Positions 20,929-30,400 of a stretch of 64,000 nt of DNA are shown here, one piece after another; position 1 is the stretch's first letter, and each line of letters starts with the position of its first letter. The notes beneath the pieces were generated by a model. That model worked only from the letters and a program-made list of their open reading frames with translations, did not search any database and had not been told where the DNA came from. The DNA lies in assembly GCA_047601445.1 (NCBI GenBank), contig JASGJH010000001.1:6816001-6880000 (forward strand). Reading direction: 5' to 3'. The position numbers and the translations under genes are program-made. The stretch is from Myxococcales bacterium. Lineage in GTDB: Bacteria > Myxococcota_A > Polyangia > Polyangiales > DASUME01.

Positions 20929-23900
20929 CTAGACCAGCCGAACGGCTAGCCCTTGCGCCTCGTAGATGCGCTTGCCGTCGACCCAGAGCGAGCCCGCTCC
21001 GACCACGGTGGTGTGACGGTCGCCTGTCTCGATTCGCGTGATCTCCACGTCCACCTCGACCAGGCGATTCTCCGGCACGACCTGTCCGCGATACTTCCAG
21101 GTCATCGGCACCCCGCTGGCCTGGGTCTCGAAGCGTCCGGCCGACCGCGCGTCGAGGTCCAGCGAGATCGCGAGCGCCTCGAGGGCTTGGAGCAGCGCCT
21201 GTAGACCGATCGAACCAGGCTGCACGGGATCTTGGTAGAAGTGTGCTTTGAAGAACCACTGGTCTGCGTGGATGGCGGTCTCCGCACGCAGGCGTCCCAG
21301 CGCGAGCTTGCCACCTTGCGGCCAGAGACCGGTGATGCGGTCGATCACCCGCAGCCGCTCGCTCGGAAGACGTAACGTGTTCCCGTAGTAAGGCGAGGGC
21401 TCTCGAGCCAAGTCGATCTGCGTGATGCTCGGCTCCCGAAGGCAAGCCCGCTGCTCGGCGGACGTGGGCAAGCCGACCTGGTCGGCCAGGGTTTCGCGCG
21501 GAAAAAAGCCGAACACGGTCTCCAGGGAGTAGAGCAGGCGCTCACCTGCGCGCATCTGGACGTCGAACCCGAAGATGCTGATGCGATCGGCGCGCGAGAC
21601 GGACTTGAGCGTGGTCTCGATCGTGACGGTGCCCACGTCCGGAGGGAGCTCGGCGTGCAGCATGCCCTTGCCGTCGAGGTTGCGGAAGTAGAGGTTGTCC
21701 TCCGACTGCAGTGCGCCGCCGACGTAGGAGGCGAGCCAACCGCAGGGCTGGAGAGCCGTTTCGAGCAACACCGCGAAGGGCATACTGGGGGCGTTGTTCT
21801 CGGCGAAATACCAGGCGTCCGCAGGGACGTCGTACTCGATTTCGGCGCGGCTCCCGACCTGCATGCCGCCGATGGGACCGCGCACGTCGCGCACGCGCGA
21901 GAGGAAGTGGTAGGGAGGTGCGGGCAAGCGGGCCACGCGCCGAGGCCCATCGAAGCGTGCGTACATGGGACCGAACGCGCTGGATGGCTTGCCCCAGGCG
22001 CAGGCCATGAGCGAGGCATAGTCGAAGCGAAACCCATCGACGACCGCGACCGGGCGCTCGTCGACCGCCGCTTCGAGCGCCAAGCGACCGGGGTCGAGCG
22101 GCCACGCGGGCACCAGGCGGAGCGCCATGCGCGTGCAATGAAAGGCCTTGTGACCGTCCACTGAGCCGAGGATATCCGCGTAGAGAGTGGGTGCGGGGCC
22201 ACCGAGGATCTCCTCGACGAAGATCTCGTAGACCACCTCACTTGAGGCCGGCGTGGCCTGACCGCGGCAGCGCAGCACGTAATTGTGATCCTGGGCGGGC
22301 TCGAAGCGTGAGCCGTCGTGATCCAACGTGTGGCCCAGCGCGATCATCATGATCTGCATGGCTTGCAAGCCGCCTTCGAACATCAAGGTGCCCGGCATGC
22401 ATGGGTCGTTCTTGAAGTGGCCCCTGAAGAACCAGTGATCCGGCTTGAGCGCGAGGCGTGCCCGCAAGTAGCCGCGGCCCCAGGGGCCGCCGCGGGGGTC
22501 GAAGTGGGAGACGTCGTCGAACATGCGCATGCGGCCCGCGGGAAGCGTGGGCGTGCGCGAGTGGGTCTGCGCGCGTGCGAAGGCAGGGCCCAGACAGTCC
22601 ACCAGGCGGCCCTCGGTCAAAGCGCGGATGTCGTCGTGGTCGAAGCGCGTTCGTTCGCACAGGGCCCGAGCCGGTTCGAGCTGCGCCTCGTCGCGCGCCA
22701 CGGGCACCGCCGTCTCGGCGGACCAGAGTACACCTGCGGAGCGCGCGAGTTCCTGATCGGTGAAGAAGCCGGCCTGGCCATTGCGTACGCTGAAGCGCAG
22801 CTCGTCGTTTATCCAGCAGTCGTAGTGGAAGAAGAACAGGCGGACCCCGTCTTGCTCGGCGTGTCCATCGACCGTGATCTGGTAGTGCAGGGTCTCGCCC
22901 ACCTTGGGCAACTCACCGAAGCTCTTGAGCTCGCAGCCGAGCAGGCGGTAAACGCGCTCGCCGCGATTCACGAAGTCGGCGCCGAGCCACGAGATGAGCA
23001 TCAGATCCGCCTGCCCGGACTCGACCATCAAACCGGCGGGCATGCGACCTTCGTACAGATACCAGGCATCGGCGCGCACATCGGTTTCGGTCCAGATGGT
23101 ACCGAGACCAAGTGTGCCGGGCTCGCCGTCGATCCCGAGCACGCGGTCGGCCAGCAACAGCGGCGGTTCGGGCATGCGCACTTGACGTGCGTGCTGATCC
23201 TGTTGGGCGAAGCTCGGGCCGAAGATCTCGGAGATGCGGCCGGAGGCGTGGATCTCGAGCTCGGCGCGACCGAACGAAGGTCCGCTGGGGGGCCTGCGGA
23301 TCGGCTGGGAGCGCGGGCTCGGTGGCTTGCGGGCGACAAGCGTGGCGTTCGTGAGCGGCACGCGGTTCGCGCTTTCCGTGGTCGCGTGCTTGGCCATGGG
23401 CAGCGTGACTGGAGCGCGGACCGGAGCGGCTGGCGTAACGACCGCGAGCGCAGGTAAGGCGGCCGCCTCGCACCCGGTTGTGCCGCCGCGAGACGTGGGT
23501 CCGCCGAAGGTGCCTGGGGCTGCTGTTTGCTGGGCAAAAACGAGGTTCACGAAGCGCGTTTGGGTCTGCGCCTGATGGGTGATGAACGCTCGGTGCAGGG
23601 TCGAGAGCTGTTCGTGATGGGCGGCCAGTTGTGCGAGCGCTCGTGTGCTCGGCGCGCGACCCGGGGCGGCACCGAACGCCGTTTGGTCGGACTGGTTGCG
23701 GTGTGCGGCGGGATCCGGACGCACTACGGACTGCCACCATAGCGGAGGCAACGGTTCCTCGGCGCGTAAGGGAGGGGGTTCAGCCTCACGTGGCGCCGCA
23801 GGGAGCGCGCTCGGATGTCCGGGCACCCGCAATGTGCGCTGATGGGCAAGGGATGGTCCGGCTGAGGGGCGCAGTGGCTGCGCATGGAGGCGCCCGTGCA

Positions 23901-26900
23901 GAAGCGTGAGGTCAATCTCCACGCCGGCTACGAAGAGCTGCGCGGCGGCCTCGACTGCGTGCAGCAGCGAAGAGCGGCCGTAGCTGTCGAGCGAGATCGC
24001 CAGGTGCTCGCGTTCGCCAAGGATTTGGCCGATCCATTTGGTACAGCCCGCGTGGGGCCCGTGCTCCACGAAGACCCGCACTCCGTCTGCCCACGCACGC
24101 TCGATCAACGCAGGGAAGTCCACCGTGTTCATGGCCTGACCGGTCAACGCGTCGGCGACGGATCCGGTGTCGGCGACATAGCTCGCGCAGGTAGCATGGG
24201 TATAGAAGCGCACTCCGGGCACGGCCGCCGTGGGGCGCGTGTGCAGGGCTCGCCAGCGGCTCTCGAATTCACGGGCCTCTGGGCAGTGCATGATGAAGTC
24301 GTAGCCTGGTGCGCGCGTGGCGCGGCGTCCCAGGCGCGCGGCCACACGGGCGCAGGCGGCGGGCTCGCCAGCGAAGAACATGTCCTCGCGTGTGTTGATG
24401 ATGGTGAGTCGAACGCGCGGTTCGGTCTCGAGCGCCGCGCGGACCTCGGCGATTGGGGCCCGGACGCGCCAGATCGCCCACTCGGCGCGCTGGGAGGAAT
24501 CGAGCTGCCAGGCCCGCCGCAGGCAGCGCAGTTCGCCGCAGAGCTCCGAGTCGTAGACGTGCGATGCCTCGACCGAGCGCCGGAAGCCGTCGAGATCACA
24601 CCAGGCGTCGAGCGCGAACATGGAGTTCGTCTCGCCCGAGCAGTAGCCGATGGCGGCCGTCGGCCGCAGGCCCAGCGTGCGGCGCGTGAGCTCGGTGTGG
24701 AGCTGGCACAGGAAGGACGAACCCCACAGCTTCTCCAGTGGCGTGGAGTCCTGGCTACGTGAAGGATCGGCGGCGTAGACCCAACCCGCGGCATCGAACA
24801 GGCTGTGTGCGCGCGCGGCGAAGTGATCGACGAGATCGGGAAAGGCCAGCGCCAGATCGCGGCCCATTTGTGGGTAGGCGCCGGCGGCGCCGGTGTACAC
24901 GAACGCGAGCTCTCCGTGGAGCGGCCGCGTGCTCATGAAGACGCCGTCCTCGAGGGCGCCTTCGCATTCGTCCTTGCCCCAGGTGCGCAGGCGCCGAATC
25001 GCGCGCTCGATGCGGGCCTCGTAGTGGGCGGCGCTGTCGGCGACGATGCCGAGGCGCAGCGAGCCTCGAGGGGCCACCTTGGGCGCGAGCTCGCGGCGCT
25101 CGAGGGCGCTCAGGAGGCCGTCGACGTCGTCGGCGGCGGCCACGCCGAAGTGCGGTCGCTCTGCGAGAAACACGGGAGCTGCGCGGGAGCCGGGCACACT
25201 GCAGACCACGGTGCTGCTACGCCCGCCGCCAAGCGAGGACACCTGCACCTCGGCGCTGCGCTGCTCGGCGCGTGGAAGCCAGGGCATGGGCCCGTGCGGG
25301 GAAGGTAGGGTGCGCTGCGCGCAGGCGGCCACGGCCATTGCGATCTGCAGCAAGCCCGAGGCTGCGTGGGCATGGCCGATGTGCCGGGGGGCGCCGTGGG
25401 AACTCTCGGCAGCGAGCACGAAGGAACCCACTGCTTCTCCAGGATCGACCAGAGCCAGCACCGGATCCCCTGCATGCATGGCATCGGCATGGCGCTTGAG
25501 GACGAGCATGACGGCGGCGTCTCCGGGCTCGTGCTGTGCCACCGGGAGCAGCTCCCGCGAGGCCGTCTGTTGCACGATCTCGCATGTCATGTCGACCGCG
25601 CCCACCACGGCCGCGTCGATCTCGCCGGCGCGCAGCGCGCGCACGGCCAGCTCCAGAGCGATCACGCCGGAGCACTCCTCGGCCGATACCGTGAAGCTCG
25701 GTCCCTCGAAGCCGAGCTGCTGGTTGATGCGATTGGCCACGATGTTGGGCATGGCGCCCACGGCCGCGGACGCGGACAGCGGCTCCGAGGAGAGGCTCGG
25801 GGGAAGCTTCTCGATCCACGCGCGCGATCCGCGATAGCGCACGGCGTGCCGCGCGACCTCGGCGTCGCACTGCATCCCCACCAGTACACCGGTGCGCTCA
25901 CGCGGCAGGTGTCCGACGACGTCCGAAAGATCCTGCAGCGCCGCCAGCAGCAAGAGTTGCTGGGGCAGGGCGACCTGCAGGTCGGCAGGGGGCGTGCGTA
26001 GGTTCGTGGCATCGAGCTCGAAGCTGTCGATGGCGACCCCGGCGCTGGGCCGAACGCCCGAGTCGAACCAGTGGGCGACGAGATCGGTGGCTGCGCCCGC
26101 CGCGCCTGAACGTACGACCTGCGCCACCACGGCGACCTGCCGCTCGTGCGAGACCGGTGTCGACGTGCGCGGTAGCGCGCGCGGACGGGGGCGGAATTCT
26201 TCGAGCACGAGGTGGGCGTTGTTGCCGCCGAAACCAAAGTTGCTGATGGCGGCCCGCCGAATTCCTGCGCAGGTCCAGGGCTCCTCCTCGTGCAGCAGAC
26301 GGAAGGCGCGATCGCCGAGCTCCGCACAGGGAACCTCCGCGTGCAGGGTGGCAGGGCGGACCTCGTGCTTGAAGGCGGCTAGCACCTTGAGCACGGCGGC
26401 GCCCCCCGAGGCGGTGATCAGGTGGCCAAGGTTCGATTTCAACGAGCCAATCGGCAAATCGGTGGATCCTTCGAACACGCTTCGCATGCTGCGCAGCTCG
26501 GTGTTGTCCCCGAGCATGGTGCCGGTCGCATGGCACTCCACCAGCGACACGTCGCGTGGCGCGAGACCGGCGTGGCGGTAGGCCGCGCGCAGGGCCCGGA
26601 CCTGTCCGGCTTCGTCCGGCACCATCAGGCCTCGGCTGCGCCCGTCGTTGGAGAGCCCGATGCCGCGGATCAGGCCGAGTACTGGCTTCCCCTGGGCCAG
26701 CGCGTCCGATACCCGCATCAGCACCACGAGCGCCGCGCCTTCGGACGGCACCAGTCCGTCGGCGTCGCGGTGGAACGGCCGACTCTGTCCAGTAGGGCTC
26801 AGCGCCTTGAACGCGGTGAACCCCGCGTGCAGAAACAGGCTGTCCGCGTGGTTGACGCCGCCAGCTAGCATGAGATCGGCTCGACCGTCCTGTAGTCGAT

Positions 26901-27468
26901 CACAGGCCAGCTTGATCGCATAGAGCGAGGAGGCGCATGCGGCGTCAAGAGCGTAGGCAGCGCCGCCGAAGCCAAGCGCTCGGGCCGCCAGCAGTGCGGG
27001 TAGCCCCGACATGAAGCGGTTGCGCGCGTCCACGCCGCGAGGGGCACCCGACCATAGCTCGATCGCGAGCTCGACCAGTTTGGGCGTTGGATAGCTGAGG
27101 TTCCCGAGCACGAGTCCCGCGCGCGGATGGACATCGCTGTCGTCGAAGCCCGCGCTGCGCATGGCCTCGCGTGCCGCGTGCAGGGTCCACAGGAACACGG
27201 GGTCGAGGCCCGCAAGGCTCGCAGCGTCGAGGGCGAAGCCATGCGGATCGAACTGCGCGTCGAAGTCATCGCGGACGTAGCCACCCACCTTGGTCGCCAC
27301 GGCGGCCGCGAGCTGAGCCTCGTCGACGTGAGACGCGATCCCCCAGGCCCCCGGTGAGGGGCGCCGTAGCGCGGAGCGCTTGCCGCGCACCAGGGACCAC
27401 AGTGCCTCGGGAGTCAGCGCACCCGGTAGCACACAACCTTGACCTACGATCGCGATGGGCTCAGACAT
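20929..27468 (-). CDS. pfaC: PUFA synthase-like PfaBC/Pfa3 protein (KS-CLF-AT-FabA-type DH domains)
   Basis: KS DAACASSLYA / ECHATGT / NLGH; CLF with Glu at the Cys position (SAEECSG); AT GYCSGE; DH motifs GHFKNDPCMPGTLM and AHFYQDPVQPGSIG. Confidence 0.9.
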   Translation of the reverse strand: MSEPIAIVGQGCVLPGALTPEALWSLVRGKRSALRRPSPGAWGIASHVDEAQLAAAVATKVGGYVRDDFDAQFDPHGFALDAASLAGLDPVFLWTLHAAREAMRSAGFDDSDVHPRAGLVLGNLSYPTPKLVELAIELWSGAPRGVDARNRFMSGLPALLAARALGFGGAAYALDAACASSLYAIKLACDRLQDGRADLMLAGGVNHADSLFLHAGFTAFKALSPTGQSRPFHRDADGLVPSEGAALVVLMRVSDALAQGKPVLGLIRGIGLSNDGRSRGLMVPDEAGQVRALRAAYRHAGLAPRDVSLVECHATGTMLGDNTELRSMRSVFEGSTDLPIGSLKSNLGHLITASGGAAVLKVLAAFKHEVRPATLHAEVPCAELGDRAFRLLHEEEPWTCAGIRRAAISNFGFGGNNAHLVLEEFRPRPRALPRTSTPVSHERQVAVVAQVVRSGAAGAATDLVAHWFDSGVRPSAGVAIDSFELDATNLRTPPADLQVALPQQLLLLAALQDLSDVVGHLPRERTGVLVGMQCDAEVARHAVRYRGSRAWIEKLPPSLSSEPLSASAAVGAMPNIVANRINQQLGFEGPSFTVSAEECSGVIALELAVRALRAGEIDAAVVGAVDMTCEIVQQTASRELLPVAQHEPGDAAVMLVLKRHADAMHAGDPVLALVDPGEAVGSFVLAAESSHGAPRHIGHAHAASGLLQIAMAVAACAQRTLPSPHGPMPWLPRAEQRSAEVQVSSLGGGRSSTVVCSVPGSRAAPVFLAERPHFGVAAADDVDGLLSALERRELAPKVAPRGSLRLGIVADSAAHYEARIERAIRRLRTWGKDECEGALEDGVFMSTRPLHGELAFVYTGAAGAYPQMGRDLALAFPDLVDHFAARAHSLFDAAGWVYAADPSRSQDSTPLEKLWGSSFLCQLHTELTRRTLGLRPTAAIGYCSGETNSMFALDAWCDLDGFRRSVEASHVYDSELCGELRCLRRAWQLDSSQRAEWAIWRVRAPIAEVRAALETEPRVRLTIINTREDMFFAGEPAACARVAARLGRRATRAPGYDFIMHCPEAREFESRWRALHTRPTAAVPGVRFYTHATCASYVADTGSVADALTGQAMNTVDFPALIERAWADGVRVFVEHGPHAGCTKWIGQILGEREHLAISLDSYGRSSLLHAVEAAAQLFVAGVEIDLTLLHGRLHAQPLRPSAGPSLAHQRTLRVPGHPSALPAAPREAEPPPLRAEEPLPPLWWQSVVRPDPAAHRNQSDQTAFGAAPGRAPSTRALAQLAAHHEQLSTLHRAFITHQAQTQTRFVNLVFAQQTAAPGTFGGPTSRGGTTGCEAAALPALAVVTPAAPVRAPVTLPMAKHATTESANRVPLTNATLVARKPPSPRSQPIRRPPSGPSFGRAELEIHASGRISEIFGPSFAQQDQHARQVRMPEPPLLLADRVLGIDGEPGTLGLGTIWTETDVRADAWYLYEGRMPAGLMVESGQADLMLISWLGADFVNRGERVYRLLGCELKSFGELPKVGETLHYQITVDGHAEQDGVRLFFFHYDCWINDELRFSVRNGQAGFFTDQELARSAGVLWSAETAVPVARDEAQLEPARALCERTRFDHDDIRALTEGRLVDCLGPAFARAQTHSRTPTLPAGRMRMFDDVSHFDPRGGPWGRGYLRARLALKPDHWFFRGHFKNDPCMPGTLMFEGGLQAMQIMMIALGHTLDHDGSRFEPAQDHNYVLRCRGQATPASSEVVYEIFVEEILGGPAPTLYADILGSVDGHKAFHCTRMALRLVPAWPLDPGRLALEAAVDERPVAVVDGFRFDYASLMACAWGKPSSAFGPMYARFDGPRRVARLPAPPYHFLSRVRDVRGPIGGMQVGSRAEIEYDVPADAWYFAENNAPSMPFAVLLETALQPCGWLASYVGGALQSEDNLYFRNLDGKGMLHAELPPDVGTVTIETTLKSVSRADRISIFGFDVQMRAGERLLYSLETVFGFFPRETLADQVGLPTSAEQRACLREPSITQIDLAREPSPYYGNTLRLPSERLRVIDRITGLWPQGGKLALGRLRAETAIHADQWFFKAHFYQDPVQPGSIGLQALLQALEALAISLDLDARSAGRFETQASGVPMTWKYRGQVVPENRLVEVDVEITRIETGDRHTTVVGAGSLWVDGKRIYEAQGLAVRLV

Positions 27469-30400
27469 GGGCGCTCGCCTGCCGGGGGGCCTCTTCGGGA
27501 GTGCCTCCCGGAATCAAGTACATCTCGCACCCCGCCAGCTCGACCAGCACGGAGCCGTGCGAATCGGTCAGACGCGCGTCGCAGACCAAGTGCTCGCTGC
27601 TCTGGCTGCGCACGCGAAGCTCGCAGCCGACGGTGCCCTGGGTGGGAAGCGGCGCGAATAGGTGGATGGCTTCGATGCGCATAGGCAGGGTGGCACCCAC
27701 GGTCTGCTGGCCGCACAGGATCGCGAGCTGCAGCGCGCCGTCGAGCGCGGCAGGGTCGGTCGACCAGTTCTCCTCCGGCCAATCCAGCTCACGCACACCC
27801 GCGAGATGCGCTCGCGCGCCCTGCGCCGACAGCCCTTCGATGGAGCGCAGCACGTGAAAGTATTCGCCATGGAACAGCATGTGCGAACGATAGGCGTCGA
27901 CCGCGTTCAGGCCTCCGACCAGCGTGTCCTTGGTGAGCCGCGCCTCCGACCGGCTCTCCTCACACACCTCGCTGTTCGCTCGGTAGCAGAGCTCGCCGAC
28001 CTCGTTGCGCAGCTCGAGCTCCGCGCTGTGCTCGTCGAGCCTGCGCGCGGAAAGCGAGAAGCGCTCGGGTTCTTCGCGGTAGCGCGCCAAAGTGATGCCG
28101 CGCAGCACCCGCAAATCCCGCACCGTGATCGCCGATGCGGGGAACAGTGAGCGGCTAAGGCGGGCAAACCACTCGAGCACCAGCACCATCGGTAGCACCA
28201 CCTGGCCGCGAACACGGTGGCTCTCGAGCTGCGGATGAGACTCCGCGTCGACCATGACTTCCGCCGACAGCTGTTGTCGCCTGCCCTTTGCCATCAATCC
28301 ACCGCCGATCACCACCTGCACGTCCGTGCGCTCGGAGAGGGCCAGCTCGTCGACAAAGCAGCGCGCGCCCTCCGCCACCGGCAACAGTGCGATCCCGCGC
28401 GACCGAAAGTGCTCCCTGAGCGTGGGCGTGACCATGCCGCCTTCCCAGGGACCCCAGCCCAGCGCCGCCACGCGGCAGCCATCTCCTCGCACGCGCGCCT
28501 CGGCCGCGGCGACCTGGTTCAGGACCTCGTTGGCCATGGCGTAGTCGGCCTGCCCCGCGTTGCCCTCGCGCGCCGCCACCGACGAGAACATGCACAGCCA
28601 TCGCAGCGGGTCGGAGCGGGTCGCCCGCAGCAACGTCCGCAGCCCTAGCACCTTGGTGTCGAACACATGGGCGAACTGCGCCTCGGTCTTCTTGTCGAGG
28701 AAGGCGTCGGCCAGCACACCTGCGCCGTGGATGAGGCCGCGGATCGGGCCCCAGGCGCGTCGCACCTCGTCGAGCACGAGGTTCAGCGCAGTCTCATCTC
28801 GAATGTCCACGCATGCATAGGCCACCTCGGCACCCGCCGCGGTCAATGCCTGCAGCGTTGCGCGGATCTCTCGGGCGGCCACGATGGTGGCAACCTTCGC
28901 GCCCACCTGTCTCGGCGTGGAGGGCTCGCCTTTGCGCCGGGCCTCTTCGAGCACGAGCCGCTTGAGCTCGCCTTCATCGGTTGCCGCCGCGAGCATGGGG
29001 GGCTCGGTCTCGAGCCCAGTGCGTCCGAGCAACAGTAGGCGCGGTGCAGCCACGCGCGTGAGCTCGATCAGCGAGGCGGCGGTCACACCCCGGGCGCCGC
29101 CTGACACCACGAACACGGCGTCGCGCAGATCGTCTCGTCCGGCGGCGGGAGTGCGAGGCAGGGGAGCGGGCTGACTCACCAGCGTGAAGCGCGATCCCTG
29201 CGCGTCGAGTCCTACCTCGAGCTCCGGTCCGCCCTGCATGAGTTCGTGCGCGATGGCTTGGGCCAGCTCTTCTGGAGAACGTGCGCCACATGCCAAGTCG
29301 ATGGCCTTGAGCGAAGCTTTGGGCCACTCATGGGATGCCGAGCGTGTCAGCGCCGCCAGACCTCCAAGCCAGGCGCGCTCCGCAGCACGTCCGCTCAGTC
29401 CGAAGTCGCCGCCCGTGTCCTGCACAGTCACGAAGAGCCCACCATGCTCGCGAAAACGCGCGGCCACCGCGCGCGCCACGCCGAACGCCTCGCGGTTGAC
29501 CTCGATCGCACCGGCGGCGTCGACGTTGCGCAGACCCGCCAAGACGATCACGCCGGCGGCGCCGGAAAGCGCGGGCCCCTCGGCCTCCGTGATCGCAGCG
29601 ATGCCCTGTGCGCGAAGCGCTTTGATCAGGGCCGTGGAAATGCCGCGGCCGTCCGTCGTGACCACGATGGTTCCAGCTCCGTGTAGGCCAGGCATCGCGA
29701 AGCCGCTCTCGGGCGCAGGGTGTGTACGCACCGCGAGCCGTAAGGGGGCCGGTGCTCCCGGCGAAACCGCTGTCGCTTCGGCGTCGGTGTTTGAGCGAGC
29801 CGGCAGGGCGTTTTCTCCGGCACTCGCGTGTTTCGAGGCCGCGAAGGCCGCGATGATTTGTCCCAGCGTGCGGAGGCTGGTCAAGCTCGCGCTGCTGACC
29901 TCGGGCAGGTCCGGAACGCGGTTGCGCAATGCGGAAAGAATCTCGACGCGCTTGATCGAGTCGATCCCGAGATCGGCCTCGAGATCTAGATCCAAGTCGA
30001 TCATCTCACGCGGATAGCCCGTGCTGTGAGCCACCACCTCGAGAAGGACGTCCTTCAGATCGTTGGCTCGGTTTGCGGTGCCTGCGGCGGCAGACTCGGT
30101 CTGTACGGACGGATGGTCTGCTCGCTCGGACACTGGCGATGGCGCGCCGGGCAGCTGTCGAGCAGACGCATCGCCGTACAACGCAATGATCTGTGCCAGC
30201 GTGCGAAGGTTGGCCAAGCTGGCGCTGCTGACCTCGGGCAGGTTCGGAACGCGGTTGCGCATGGTCGAGAGAATCTCCACCCGCTTGATGGAGTCGATTC
30301 CCAGATCTGCCTCCAAATCCAGGTCCAGCTCGATCATCTCGAGTGGATAGCCCGTGCTCTGGGCCACGACCTCGAGCAGAATCTGCCCCAAATCTCGGCC

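Larger units (their letters stand above)
19532..20929 (-). mobile_element. IS5-family element (IS427-like, two-ORF transposase) carrying a passenger gene
   Basis: Perfect inverted repeats CTAGGGGCTGTTCCTAATTC at 19529-19548 and 20913-20932 (including the CTAG/TA target); transposase ORFs inside. Confidence 0.9.
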
